In this document: piece by piece, positions 31,902 through 44,990 of the stretch
How the letters are laid out: the number at the start of each line of letters is the position of its first letter
Position numbering within the stretch: position 1 is the stretch's first letter
Assembly: GCA_028534125.1 (NCBI GenBank)
Contig: CM052842.1
Span: 1,178,001-1,242,000 of the forward strand
Direction of reading: 5' to 3'
From: Lama glama
Taxonomy: Eukaryota
Length of the DNA stretch: 64,000 nt
The notes under the pieces: model-generated
The model's database searches: none
What the model was told of the DNA's origin: nothing
The model's input: the letters and a program-made list of their open reading frames with translations, nothing else
Program-made: the position numbers and the translations under genes

Positions 31902-33379
31902 CACACTCTGAAAGGAGCGCAGCCGGTGGCGCCTCCTGCCCTCCAGGACCGCCGGACGATCCACAGGTATGGTCTGAAGCCACTAAGTTTGTGGTTGTTG
32001 GCCACTGCAGCCGAGGGAACGGATGCAGGGACCTGGATGGCTGTGTCCCCGCCAGCCTCCTGGGTAGACACCGGGGCCCTGCCGGACTAGGAGGGAAGGA
32101 GGGGCCTGACCACACTGCCTCCCGAGGCCCCTGGCTGCTCCTTTCTGGACTGGCCTCGTGCGTTGGGCTCTGCGAGAAGACCCAGGCTGTGACTGGCCAC
32201 TGGCACCTCAGACTGGACTCGGCTTGGAGATCCAGCTGGGCCATGGCTGCCATCCAGCCGCTCCCAACCTCTGGCTCAGGTGCCATGGCACTGCTGCCTG
32301 TCTGGCCTGCAGCCTCCTTGGGAAGACGGCTGCTGTTGGCAGGAGGCCCTGGGGCTGGGTCCTGGGCCTGCCACCATGGCTACCTGACCTTGAGCAGAAG
32401 GGTAGCCTCGCTCAGGTGGACGGCCGGTGTCAGGACAGTGACCTTGTTGGGTGGGGGAAGGGGCAGTGTTTGAGGATGGGGCACCCAGCAGGCTGGCTTC
32501 TCTGCCCACATCAGGTCCCCACCCACAGCTGGACCTGCCGGCGCACACCCGGGGCCACCTGCCTCCTGTGCCCTCGGGCAAGGGCAGGTGGAAACCCCAG
32601 CGAGGAGTCAGGTCTGTGCTTTCTCTTCCCCGGGGTGGGAATCGGGGCCCAGCTGCACGCAGGACCCCAGAGAAGAAGCTGTCACCCAAGCAGGAGCCCG
32701 AGGTCAGGGCAGGCCCTGCAGCCAGTGGCCTCAGACTGAGCCTACATCCCGGCTCCCAGCTGCTGCCAAGGTCGTGAAAGAAGTCAGCTCCAGATGCATG
32801 GAGGGGGTCTGTGCACTCAGACCTTCAGGCAGATTTAAGGCGTGGGTTGAAGGAAGAATTCTGTGAATGCAGGTGACAGTGCCCAGCGTTTCTACGGCAG
32901 GTGGGTGTGGTTAAGGAGGCTCGAGCCAGTAAGGGACTCAGGTGGGGCATCTCCCATGAAAGCACACAAGCCGGCGGCGCGCAGGGGCTGGGCCGTCAGC
33001 GTTGCGTTGACAGCAGTAGCTCACGCTGCTGAGAGCTTACTCTCCGCCAGGTGTGGGCTACAAGCAGCCCACTAAGCCGCGTGTCAGTCCGTTCTTATGG
33101 CAGCCCCATGGGGAGGGGTCTCCTACTCTCCCTCTTAGCACGCGAGGAAACTCTGCTGGGGAGGAAGGGGCTCCCCTGGGGCGTGGAGCTGGAGGGTGTG
33201 GGCCTAACATCTGAACCCAGGCAGTGTGACCCCAGAGCTGTGCTCTTACCTGCCGTGCTTTAGCAGGGACTGTGTCTGCAAACGCGTGTGTCCATGAGCG
33301 TGTGCACGAGTAGGGAGCACATGTGAATACACGTACATGCTTGAAAGTGTGTGAAAATCCAAGAGACAGAGAAGCCCAA

Positions 33380-33600
33380 AATAACTAGCTTCAACACAGC
33401 AGTTTACTTCTCTCCCAGGGAAACGGGTCCTGAACTAAGCAGTGCAGGGCTGGTATGATGGTTCCCAGTCATCTGTGATCCAAGCACCTTCCTCCACGCT
33501 GCCCTGCCATTCTCAGGATGCTGCCTCATGGTGCAAGGTGGCTGCTGAGCTCCAGCCATTATTCCAGCCACAGAAAGGAAGAAGGGGAAGAGAAAGCTAC
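33380..33600 (-). mobile_element. Old MLT1 (J/K/L-like) fragment
   Basis: gcagggctggtatg...cctcatggtgcaaggtggctgctgagctccagccat. Confidence 0.5.
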
Positions 33601-34514
33601 ACCACCTCCATCTAGGGGATCTGCTCCACCCTCGCCCCCCGAAACTGGGCCTTGAGGTTTTCATTAGTAAGGAAAGGGGAGAATGCAGAGAGGGAGACTG
33701 CTCTGCCTGCTGGGATACTTGATAAGCAGCACAGGGCTCTGGGCTTCCCAACATCGGGGATGTTGAGTTGGTGAGGATCAGGGGTCCTCTAAGCCTTGTT
33801 CCATACTACCCCGATGGGGAAACTGAGGCCTGGGCCCAGGCCTTCTTCCTCCCATCCCAGGGCTCTCTCCTGGCACCAGTCAAGAAGCCAAGTGTCCAGC
33901 AGCCCAGCCAGAGCAGACACTGGGGAAGCTGAGGTTCTCCTATCCAGCCCCGTCCCACTAGCCCGCTCCTCTTCTCAGGAACCCAGAGGCCACTTCACCC
34001 CTCCCTGATATGGGTGGTCTGGCTGCCCCCTCCACCGTCCCTTTACCCCCACCCCCCACACACATCTATCGGGCTGAGAGTCTGGCTGCAAAGTCCCATT
34101 GCAGCCAACCCTCTGCCTCCTGCTCTTTTCACCTCTTCCAGCTGCCCCCTATTAACTCCGCCCCCAGCCCCCCACAGCCTCCTGGGGTGGGAGCCTCCCT
34201 CCCAAAGCCTCCTCCCTCCCAAAGCCGCCTCCCCAGATGCCTGTCACATAGATGGAGGTGTCTTGTTAGCAGGAAGCTGGGGAGCGATTTGGGGCAGGAT
34301 CCCCCTGGCACATGGGGAGTGTTTTGTCTATGGGGCGGGATGGGGGTGGGCTGTGTGGACCCACCCTAAGAGCGGCTGAAGCCTGGACCTCAGGCCCACA
34401 TGCTGGCCATACCGCCACTCATAGGCATGGAGAGAGGGCCAAGGAGGCCAGAAGAGGGCACTGAGGAAAGACAGTCGTGGCTGGGAGGAACCAGCTCATT
34501 TCAGACACTCCAAG

Positions 34515-34520
34515 TTTATT
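34515..34520 (-). terminator. GPIHBP1 polyadenylation signal AATAAA
   Basis: tttatt on + about 105 nt past the stop codon. Confidence 0.8.
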
Positions 34521-34624
34521 CTCCAAAGCTGGGGTGGGGAGAGGGGCAGGAGGGGACAACACCAGGCAGGATGCTGACCAGCCAGGGTACAAGCCTGGCT
34601 AGGGGTGGAGATGGGACCACCCAC

Positions 34625-34860
34625 TCAGAACCCTGTTGCCAGAAAGCCAGCAAGGAGGCTGAGCAGGAAGGTGGTGGCCACAGTTTTGGGGCTACCCTTG
34701 GAGCTGCCTGCCCAGCTACCCGGGGGGCCCTGCCAGGGTGGTACGTTGCACAACCTGGACTGGCAGCAGGTTATGGTCGTCAGGGTTCCAACCACCGTCT
34801 TGGTGATGGGTTGACATGTGTCTGCACACCACCCCGAGTAGGTGGTCTGAGGATCCGATT
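34625..34860 (-). CDS. GPIHBP1: GPIHBP1 exon 4, C-half of LU domain and GPI signal
   Basis: [44 protein letters not shown]...[14 protein letters not shown]. Confidence 0.93.
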
Positions 34861-36423
34861 CTGGGTGGGAGGGGGTGGTGGAGAAAGGGCATTACACTGG
34901 ACGGCATGGGGCAGGGATGAGGCCCGTCCCCGCAGGTGTGGGTGACGGGCTCCTTCCGCGCGGCTGCCCCAGGGTGGCTGGCTCACCAGTGTTCCAGCGG
35001 TAGATGATGGTTTTGCAGGTCTGGTAGGGGCTGCAGTCCTGCATCTGCTCGCAGCTCTCATTCGTGTGCAGGGACTGGCAGGTGTAGCACTGCAGCAGCA
35101 CTGGGAGGCCAGGCGGCTCAGGCTCCGGGAAGGGGCCCAGCCCCCAGAGCCCCCACCTCACCACGCTTCTCGCCTCCGAACCTCTTCGCCTCCAAGGTCT
35201 CCTCCCAATTCCTGTCCACTGCACTCATTCTCAGTTGATGCCCCCAAACCCTGCCCTGCTGGAGCCTCCCTGTGCCCCCTGCCTCAGGACTGGCCCCTTT
35301 CCTTCCCTGAGCCCTGCCCCACCGGTTCCAGGACGCTTATGTCTTTCTGAACTGGGCTGTAACACAGGGCCTTTGATTCGCTGGTCTCTCCATCCTGGGG
35401 CTGCTATGCCCGGTCTGCCTGGTGAACTCCTATTCAACTGCTCTACCCAGACATCATTGCCCCTCCCAGCAGTGGTTCCTTCTGCAGGCTCCCTACTCTG
35501 GATGGCGGTTGAGGGTCATGGTCAAGTGAGAGGTGAGGGTGTTCTGAATGTTAAGTCCCTTCCTCCCTCCTCCCCCAGCCCTGAGGGAAGACAAGCTCAC
35601 AGCTGGAAGCATTTGCCTGCCAGTTCCTCACTGTCAGCCCCGTGGACCCTGGAGAGACAGTGCCTTCGCCCTAGGGTCAGGGTAGGGGGACACATACCTC
35701 TGCCCCTGCTACCCGCAATCATGATGGCCTCCTCTTCCTCCTCTTCCTCCTCGTCCTCCTCGTCGTAGCCTACCGTCCCAAAGTCCCCGTCGTCATCCTT
35801 GTCTTCCTGCATGCGCCCTCTCCCTGGTTGCGCAGGGATGCCTGTAAACCTCTACTACCCAGCACAGAGGACATGTGCTTGGGGCCCAAGGCCGCTCCCC
35901 CATCCCTAGATCCATCCTGCCCCCACTTCCTGGTCCCTCTGTCTTCCCCCACCCGGCCACCTCCCAAGCTGGTGAGGTCGCAGCCAGGGTTTCAGAGCCC
36001 TGGCCTTGCTTCCTTACCCGTCGCTTTACTGGTACCAGCTTTACAGTAGCCCCCCACCCGCCCCATAAACCCTCAGGTTGGCCTGTCCATTTTACAGAAG
36101 AAGAAACTGAGGCCGGGAGAGGCCAAGCTGAGGGCTGGGTGGGGAAGGGAGCCCGTGTCCCCCCAGGGCCTGGCTGGGGCCAGCATGGGAGGTCTGGCGA
36201 CCTGTGGGAGCCCAGAAGAGCCCCATCAACCTCCCTCTGGCCTTGGCCTCCAGCCACACTTCCTCCTTCCCTCCCAAGTCATGTCTTGCCCCCAGGCTGG
36301 GTGTCCCTGTGGGTCCCATGGGCCTGGACTCTGCGGTCTCCCTTGTTGCAGGCCCCCCTCGCCCCAAGTACCTTGCAGTCCGCACAACAGCAGGGTGAGC
36401 AGGACAGCTGCCAGCTCCTTCAT
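34625..36423 (-). CDS. GPIHBP1: GPIHBP1; CDS join(36423..36372, 35823..35698, 35100..34987, 34860..34625), 528 nt, 175 aa
   Basis: Signal peptide [18 protein letters not shown], acidic domain with Tyr ([14 protein letters not shown]), 10-Cys LU domain (CYTC...[10 protein letters not shown]...CCQSRLCN), hydrophobic GPI signal. Three phase-1 GT-AG introns. Confidence 0.96.
34987..35100 (-). CDS. GPIHBP1: GPIHBP1 exon 3, N-half of LU domain
   Basis: [37 protein letters not shown]; AG and GTGAGC boundaries. Confidence 0.93.
35698..35823 (-). CDS. GPIHBP1: GPIHBP1 exon 2, acidic domain
   Basis: Acceptor caaccAG; donor G|GTATGT; Asp/Glu-rich. Confidence 0.92.
36372..36423 (-). CDS. GPIHBP1: GPIHBP1 exon 1, signal peptide
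   Basis: ATG at 36423; donor G|GTACTT. Confidence 0.92.
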
Positions 36424-38049
36424 CCTGCTGGGGCTGTGGCGTCTCCTTGCCTGGGTCCCTGCCCAGCCTCTGGATCTGTGGGAAGTGGGACAAAGGGCAT
36501 TGCTGGGGCGTCCCGGAGGCCCTGGGCCCCCCAGCTCCAACCTCAAACAATGGGCCTCACACTGCTCCCCAGGCCAGGCATTGGGCCAGGGATGGCCATT
36601 TCCCTCCCTGACTCCAGGGGCCGGGGGAAGGGGAAGTCATTGTGGTCAGCCTTGGGCATCCTGTCCACCTGTGTGGCTTTGCCCTGGCCTCGGTGCCTCA
36701 GCCTTGCAGTGTAGCCGGCCAGCCCCCTGCCCTGTGTCTTGACCCCACAGACCTGGGCCCAGGCCACACAGCTATAGGAGTTTGGCCTCAAGGACCCTCC
36801 AGCTGCAGGCCACTGATCAGGGACCTTCAACCGTGAGACAGCCTCACTGACATTCCAGAGCATCGTTAAGAGTATTTCAAAGAAAAACAGTCATGGTCCT
36901 TCTACTAGGCCTCCTGCCTCAGCCAGCAGTGTGCCTGCTGCCCACCCTCTTGCCTCAGGGCCTTGTCCTCTCTGTTCCCTTGGCCTAGAATGCTGTTCCT
37001 GCCAATGGCCACGAGGCCGTCCCACCTGCACAGGTGTTACCTCCTAGGAGAGCACGTCCCCCCACAACCATCTCACGCCCTCTCCTTCCCTTGAGTCTGC
37101 CCTCTGATCTTGGAGCAGCTGGCACCGGCTGTCCAGGGCTGCGTGGGGGCCACCTGGGGAGCTGCTGGGAGCCTCCCTTTTCTGGCCACTGGTCTCCTGC
37201 CTGGAGACCGTGTGTGAGGACTGGGCTGTCCTCCAGCCCTCTCCCTGGGGTTACCTCTTCCTCCTCTGTGGGCCCAGACTGTGGAGGGTGGGTGCTGAGA
37301 AGCCCCTTCTGGGAGGCCATGGGGAGGTTGGAGCAGGGGCAGGAGGCTGGCCTGGGACTTGGAGGCAGGGATGCAAGGCCTCCCCCCACCCCCGCCCCGC
37401 CGTTTGCCAGGGCCGTTTGCCGGGGCCGTTCCATTAACTCGCCGGCCTGAGCTTTCCTGCCTTCCAGCTGTGGGCGGCGCTCTCCGGGCTGCCTGGGGCC
37501 GAGGGTGAGCAGACACCAATTCCTCCGGGGCCCAGCCCTCAGGGTGGAGTGGATGTGTGCCCACCCCCACCCCAGCCAGATGTCTTCAGACATCCTGACC
37601 TCAAAACCCAGTCAAGAAGCACAATAAAACACTGTGCTACACTGACGACAAAAAAAATGGCCACTTGTGTGATAAGGAAAAAAGAACCTTCAGAAAATGC
37701 GAAGACATACAAGCAAAGTGAACCTGCGCTGCCGCGGAGCTGGGGCCGGAGCCCAGGTCCTTCTCTCCCCAGGCCCCCGTGCCCTCCTGCGACGGGGCCC
37801 GGCGTCCCTGTCCTGGTGTCTGGGACTCTGCGATCTGGGCCAGCTTGAAGGAAGGTAAACCAACTAGCGGCAGAAATGTGGGGAATTTTCTTTACCATTT
37901 TCATGCGGTCACAGAGCTGGGTGGGGACAGGGTCCAGCCCCTCGCCACCTGCGCAGGAGGGGAAAGGTACAAATCTCGTCATGCAAATGTGCGAATGGCC
38001 ACAACAGTCGGGGACTGTGAGGCTGTGACTGATAACGGGAAACGTGTAT

Positions 38050-38650
38050 GTGGTCGTCCCTGGTCCTGGCACAGACTGAAATGTCTCAAGTGAAGAGTCT
38101 TAAAGGTGCCTTTTTTGTGTTGATGAGTTCACTTTGGAAAGCCCCTAGGTCACTGGGGTCACCACCACGGATGGGGCTGGTTGTCAGGAGAACCAACCAC
38201 AGGGTTAGAGGGTTGGAACTTTCAGCCCCACGCGAGGACCTCCTGGGAGGGGAGCGGGGCTGGAGGCTGAATCAGTCGTCAATGGCCAATGATTCTAATC
38301 AATCATGTCTCTGTAGTGAAGCCTCCACAGACCCCCAAGAGGAAGAGGCGTGGGGAGCCTGTGGGCTGGTGAGCCAGGGTGCTTCCACCTGCAGCTGTGC
38401 TGCACCCCAAGCTCCATAGGGACAGAAGCTCCTTCGTTTGGGACTGGTGACCTAACTTAAAATTGAACTTAAAATTGGCGTCTGAAGTGGGGGCAATCTT
38501 GTGGGCCAGAGGCCTTAACCTGTGGGAGCTGCTGTTACCCCCAGCTAGGGGGTATTAGAGCGGAGTTGATTTGTAAGCCCCCCAGCTGGCGTGTGGGGGC
38601 TGCTTGGTGGTGGAGGGAACCCCTACATGCTGGGATTGGATGTCAGAATA
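38050..38650 (+). mobile_element. MER21-like LTR
   Basis: agagggttggaactttcagcccca...ggccaatgattctaatcaatcatg...ccttaacctgtggg. Confidence 0.6.
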
Positions 38651-38695
38651 CTGAGTGTCAGGGGAACCCCAACTCCATCACCCAGCTTGTACAAC

Positions 38696-39319
38696 TGTCA
38701 GAGCAGGCAGGTAGCTAGATCTGAGCAGAGAAAGAGGGCCTGGGCCAAACGGCAGGAAACCGCACATCTTGTGTACAACGGTGCTCTGTGAGAAGACAGA
38801 GGAGAGAAGGCACCTCTGGACTGATAAGAAACCACACATTTTGGGGTGACAAGTGTCCCAGAGGCGGACAAAGAAAGGTGGGAAAAAGCAGGAATGTCCC
38901 GTATCCAAATGTAACCTTCCACGCCCTCATCTGAATGTAAACTTTTGCTCATTGTGCCCTCATTACAGTAAAATTAGCCTTGCAGATAAGAAGTACCCAT
39001 CATGCACCGACACCTGACACTTCCGATCCAGACTAAATAAGGACAAAATCCCTCCTCCCCTCAGGAAGGCGGAGCTGGGATGAAAATCCGGGAATACGAC
39101 CTCAAGCCCCTCCCTCCCCAGTGAATATTGTGCCCATTCATTTTCACACCCCATATAACCAGCTCGCCAAAGAAGCTCAGCGCAGCTGCGCACCTGAGTC
39201 TGCCCGCTCACCTCGTGAGCATGTACCTTCACCTAAAAATAAATCCTCGTTTCGCTTTCCTGACCTCCAGGTTTCGTCTCTGAATTCTTTCTGCAACAAG
39301 AACCTACTCTCCAGTAGCA
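38696..39319 (+). mobile_element. Solo ERV1-type LTR, 624 bp
   Basis: TG...CA termini, 4-bp TSD CAAC (38692-38695 and 39320-39323), TATAA near 39155, AATAAA at 39238-39243. Confidence 0.82.
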
Positions 39320-40540
39320 CAACCACAAGGGCTTTGCTGTCCTGACTCTGTCCCTCCTGTCCTTTCTTGATGGCATATTTAAAGCAAGCCCCAACCTTCA
39401 GTTCACCTGCATCACCACAGCACAAGTCTCTTAAAGAGAATGTCTTCTTACATCATCACAGTGTCTCCCCACACCCACCAAAATGTCAAATAACCCCTTA
39501 CTATCGTCCAAAGCCCTGTCTGTGTTTGTATTTCCCTGCTGTAGAAGTGTCTGTCTAGTTTGACAGAAGCCTGATCCTAACAAGGGCATCTGTGTTTGGT
39601 TGTGTGTCTTAGGTTTTCTTAAAGTCCCTCTTTGCATAAGACCATTGCCTGGGTTTTGTTTTGCATCACAACATTGGCCTTTGAAGAAAGCAGGTCAGTT
39701 CCCTGTGGAACGTTTCACATTCTAGATCCGGTGTCGTCAGGCTCAAGGGCCTGGAGTCTGTGTTCCCCACAGTCTTGATGGCTTGGAGGGATTCTGATGG
39801 TGTCGGCCCCAAATACAAGACAGGGAGCTCTGCAGCACAGCTCAGGCAGGACCCCACCTCGCCCCTCTATGGCCAGGGCCTGACCAGGGGCCAGTCCCCT
39901 GCTTCTGTGGGCTTTGAGACTCCAGATGTAGCGGCAGCCAGTGGCCGAAGAGCCGTGGCCTCTGATGCTGTCCCTGGTTCTGACCACCTGGGAGCTGGCT
40001 CTGTTGTGGGGGCAGTTGGTCACCAATCATCCTGACCCTGAGTAGAACATTGAACTTGGGCCACAGCCATGAAGTCACCCAGGCTGTGGGTGCTTGTTAG
40101 AGTGTCTCTGGGCAGGGTGAGATCCCCAGGCCCTCACCAGCATCTGGGCCTCTGGGCCAGGTCAGGCTGGGAGGAGGGAGGTCAAGGCCCGCTGTCATCA
40201 GCTCCATGTAGGGGCCATCCAGACTGAAAGGACTATGGCCAACAGGGACACATTCTGCCCTTTCTTCTGCTAATCATGACTGATTGTTACTATTGTTTGC
40301 AAAAAATCCTGATAGGGTGACACCATCCCACGTGCATTGGGAAGAAGGCAGAGTAGCCTAGAAACCAGGTTAGGAATCTCTGTCTCCCTGGCAACCAAGC
40401 CCAGCACGAGGAGAGCAGGGTCTTTGCTCTCTGAGGAGCAGGCCCAGAGCTGCACCCCTAGAGGCTGCTCCAGCCTCATGGACATGACTCTGGACATCTA
40501 ACATCCGCCCCCGTCACACCCAGTCCAGGCCCTACTCACC

Positions 40541-41020
40541 TGTACTAGCTTTTGTTGCATAACAAATTACCACCAAACAGGAGGGCCTAAAACAACACTG
40601 TTTACGCTCCGAAAGTGTTCATGGAGTTAGAACCCAGGTACTGGGGCCTGGGTGGGGTTCACATTCTCTCATGAGGCTGCTGTTGAGCTGTCGGCTGGGG
40701 CTGTGATCTCATCTAAGGGCTCGGCTGAGTTCCAAGCTCCCTTACATGGTGGTTGGTGAGCCTTGGTCCCTCTCCACCTGGCTGCCTCTCAATATGGCAG
40801 CTGGCCTCTGCCAGGATGAGCAAACACAGCGGGAGACAGAGCCCACATCAGAAGCCATAGTCTTTGTAAGCTAATCCCAGAGGTGACATCCTGTCACCTG
40901 TGCCCCACTGTCTTCACTAGAAGTGAGTCAGTAAGTCCAGCCATACCCAAGGGGAGGGGGACGCACCAGGACAGAATAGCAGTGAACTCTTGGGGGCTCC
41001 AAGAGCCTGCCCCCCACACC
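40541..41020 (-). mobile_element. MLT1-type MaLR LTR
   Basis: tgtactag...gcataacaaattaccacc...tagaagtgagtca. Confidence 0.65.
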
Positions 41021-43010
41021 TCCAGTCCTAGATGTTGGGGCCTGGCTACCTGGCCCTGGGCCTGACGGGAACCTTCTAGGTCTCCAATGAGAAATTTGGT
41101 AGAGATTCATACCCCAGGAGTGGGTTGGCGCTGGTCAGCAGGGACCCCACCACTGAGTGCCACCCCACCATCACCCCATGCCTGGGCAGGGAACTAGAAT
41201 CCAGCCGACCAAAAGGGTAGAGGCTGTCCTGTAGCAGGGCACCCCGGAATACCTACTCTGCCTCCCGACCCCCGAAAGGCCGTGGTGTGAAATCTGAAAT
41301 GCTTGTGTCAGTTCTGACAAGGATGGCTGGATCCAGACACTGCCCGGCTCAAGCTTTTGCCCGGCCCCTTAGCTTTTAGGATAAAATCCAACCCTTTTTG
41401 GAGTCATGGCCTGAGCCATCCCCACCACCCTCCTCCCCCCGCCCCCTCCTCCTATTTCACTCGGCTCCTCCCCTCAACACTCCTGCTCTCTCTTATCTCA
41501 GGGACTTGGAGCTGGCTGGCCTTCCTCCTCCAGGCTCAGTGGCTCCTTCAGGGAGGCCTTGTCCACGCCCCACTGGATTCTCTCTATGCCGCTCATCCCA
41601 TACTGCAGCCCCCTATCAATTTGTCCAGCCCCTTGCTGCAATGTGAGCTCTGCCGGGCTGGGACCCAGCTCTCCCCACGCTGTCACTGGTGCCAGCTGCA
41701 CCTGGCACGCGGCCGGTGGCTGACTGCTACCCACTGGAGGGGTGGCTGCTGGCGCTTGCCTGGCACTGGGTAAGCACTCTCCTCGTGGGTCTCATGTCAT
41801 CCTCACTAGCTTTCTGTGGTTACTAGCAGTGCCCTCATTTTACAGACGAAGGAACTGAGGCTTGGGGGTCACACAGTGTACCTGAAGCCACACACACTGA
41901 GTGTGGTCCCAGGCTGTCTACATCCTCGCAGAACGGAAGCCCTGGACCAGGCCAGCCCTGGGGACAAGGAACACCCCCAGGAGCCCCGAACGGCACTCAG
42001 GCTGTAGCGATGGGCCGGCCTACTGGGACTGAGTCCTCAGTGAGAGTGTGTAAGTACCCGCAAGTGCGGTGGTGAAGATGCCCGGCAGCGTGAGTGCGCG
42101 CATGCCTGGCTGGTGTGTGCGCCCTGTGCATGAGCGCGCAGGGCAAGCGGAGGACAGCGCCTTCCATGGCGTGGGGCCTGGTTGGCTCCTATGGGTGAGG
42201 TCAGGGGGAGGCGCCTGCAGCCGCCTGGGGAAGGGGGAGGCTCTGTGGGTACAGTGGGACTGGAGAAGGGAAGGGGGCCCCTGTGTGTACCCTTCCTGGG
42301 ACTCGAGCTGAAGTGGGCCTTGTTGGCCAGACTGCAGGGCAGACAGACAGACAGCTCTCGACTCAAGGAGTCAGGCAGCAGTGAGGGGCCGTGGGGGTAC
42401 CTGTCAGCTGGGGGATGGCCAAGCCGCTGTGCCAGGACCTGGTCCTCACCTTAGCAAGAAGGGCCTAGCGTCCGCTTGTCGAGGCTGGGCCCCACGGCCT
42501 GCATGTCCCGGGCCTCTCTCTGCACTTTCTTCCCAGCGATGGCATCTGCTCTCTGTACCAGGCACGCCCAGACCTCCTCGGATCCCGCATGTGCTTGAGC
42601 TGCTCTTACTGTCCTGCTGAGACCTGCCTGCTTCCCCAGCCAGGGCTGGGAGGCGGGAATCCCGGACAGACAGTGCCAAGTCTGTGACCCATCCACCTCC
42701 TCTGTTTCCACTGCCACCCCCAGAAGAGTCACCATCCTCCTCATGGGCCTCCCTGTTCCCCTCTAGAACCTTCCAGCCTATTCTCCATTCGGCAGCCACA
42801 GGGATCTCCTGAATTGTAAGCCAGAGATGTTTTTCCATCCCCATCGCTGACCTCTGACCTCAAAGCCATTCCCAAGTTCTGTTTCCTTTGTTCATCCTCC
42901 TTTGATGAAGAAGGGTAGGCCAAGAGAATCAACAGAAAGGGGCCAGAGCCTCAACCTCGGTGAGGTTTTAGCCCCACTAGCACACACTTGCCTGGGGTGG
43001 AAGCCACTCC

Positions 43011-43447
43011 TGTGTCAGTCAGGATTTTCTAGACAAATAGAACCAATGGGATGTGTGTGTGTGTGTGTGTGTATAGATATAGATACAGAAACAGATATAG
43101 AGAGAGGCACTTATTTTAAGGACTTGGCTCATGTGATTACAGAGGCTGGCAAGCCCAAAATCTGCAGGTGGGCCAGCAGGTAGGAAAGCCAGGAAGAGCT
43201 GATGTTTCAGTTCAAGTTTGAAGGCTGTCTTCTGGCAGAATTCCCTCTTGCTCAGGGGAGGTCAGGCTTTTGTGCTACTCCGACCATCAACTGATTGGAT
43301 GAGGCCCACCCACACCATGGGGGCAGTCTGATTTACTCAAAGTTCATCATTCATCTCACATCCTCACAGAAACATCCAGAATAACATTTGACTAAATATC
43401 TGGGCACCATGGCCCAGCCAAGTTGACATATAGAACTAACCACCACC
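43011..43447 (-). mobile_element. MLT2 (ERVL) LTR containing (GT)n
   Basis: tgtgtcagtcaggattttctagac...ttggctcatgtgatt...aactgattggatgaggcccaccca...ccaagttgacat. Confidence 0.8.
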
Positions 43448-43699
43448 CTCCTCAATGGGCACTTTGCTACCTGCAGTCCAAAGACTTCCCAGCTAGTATG
43501 CTACAGTGCTTAAGACACAGTAACAGGATTTCAAAGTCACAGAAGACCTGATATTTGCCCCTCTTCTCCCAGCCCACCCGGGTCACCGTGTGCCAGGTGC
43601 ACGGACCTCCTCTCCGCTTTCACCTGTGCCGGAGGTGGGCTTCCCCCGTGAACTGCTTCTGCTGGTTGTGCTTGAAACTTTCCTCCACAGCCTCGGTGT

Positions 43700-44700
43700 C
43701 TGAACACGATCTAAAGCTCGTCATGAGCAGAGCTGTCTCCTAAACAACGCAAGGGTCTTTTGCCTCTCGCTATGGTGTACCTAGGTGTACATTTTCTTTA
43801 ATTATTCTCCTTAGTCTATGTATACTGTGCTCTCTGTAAGTACTTATCTCTCACAGTTCTGGAATATTCTCAGGCATCTGCTCTTCAAATATTGACTCTC
43901 TTCCTTTGGGATTTCAACCAGACTCATGGTAGCTCTTGGCACACTGTCTTTCACGTGTCTTCACACCCCTTCACTATTTTCCACCTCCTTATCCCTTGTG
44001 CTACATTCTTGAAAATTTCTTTAGATTTATCTTCCTATTCACAAATCCCCTCTTCAGCAGTGTCTAATTTGTTGCCCAATGCATTGGCTGAGTTTTTTTT
44101 AAACAAGCTTTATTGAAATATAATTCACACACTGTAAAAGTCACCTTTTTAGAGTGTACAATTCAGTAATTTTTAGTTTATTCACAAAGTTATGCCGCTA
44201 TTGTTACTATTATAAGAACATTTTCATCACTCTGAAAGAAAACCTTGACTGTTGGCAGAAACTACCCATTCCTTCCCTCTTCCAGTCCCAGGCAACCACT
44301 ATAACCTACCTTCTGTCTTTCAGATTTTTCTGTTCTGCACACTTCATATAAATGAAAGCACACAATAAATGTTTTAAAATTACTTTTATTTTCACTGAGC
44401 ATGATTCTTTCAAGATCTCTGCTGACCTTTTAATTTCAATGAAGGGTCTCACTTAGAGAGGCTCTATTGTTCCCATGAGGTGTGGTCGGGTTTGATGGTG
44501 CCTTGTTCCTATGGCTTGACAGTGCTTGTTACTGTATCTTAAACCTACAAAACAGATTAACTTTATATTCTGCACCTCTTTGATTGAGAAAGTTTGTGGG
44601 GATTTAAATCTGTCACTCGTCACTGTTTCTGCTGCATTACTTTAGAGCCATATTTCCTTTGGATGTTTGCTAATTTTTGACTTTGAACTCATATTTGAAT
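43700..44700 (-). mobile_element. Old L1 fragments
   Basis: agctttattgaaatataattcac...tgtacaattcagt, an antisense L1 3' end. Confidence 0.6.
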
Positions 44701-44789
44701 TCTACCGAATCCAAGGGAAATCTAGTCCTCAAGCTGGGGTTGCTTTTCTGTCTCCTCCCAAGCAGCAGTGGCACGGTGAGGTGTGCAAG

Positions 44790-44990
44790 CTCCAGAGTTC
44801 CAATACTGGCTGTGCCATCTGGGTGCTGTGAGACCTTGGGCAAGGAGCTCAGCCTTTCTGCGCTGTCTCCCTCATTTGTTAGGATGGGACTGATAACTGC
44901 TGGTAGGACTGTTGTGAGAAGGTAATGAGATAATGTGTATCAAGTGTTTAGAACAGTTAGAACACACAGCATGTGCTCAATCAATACTAG
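44790..44990 (+). mobile_element. MIR SINE
   Basis: gctgtgagaccttgggcaag...gttgtgagaaggtaatgagataatgt...tgctcaat core. Confidence 0.7.

Larger units (their letters stand above)
30990..32010 (+). mobile_element. MLT1D-like LTR split by MLT2 and SINE insertions
   Basis: cccccaaatatccaggtcct...gagccaggaatgcag...ccagaagctggga; resumes near 31905 (gccactaagtttgtgg). Confidence 0.6.
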
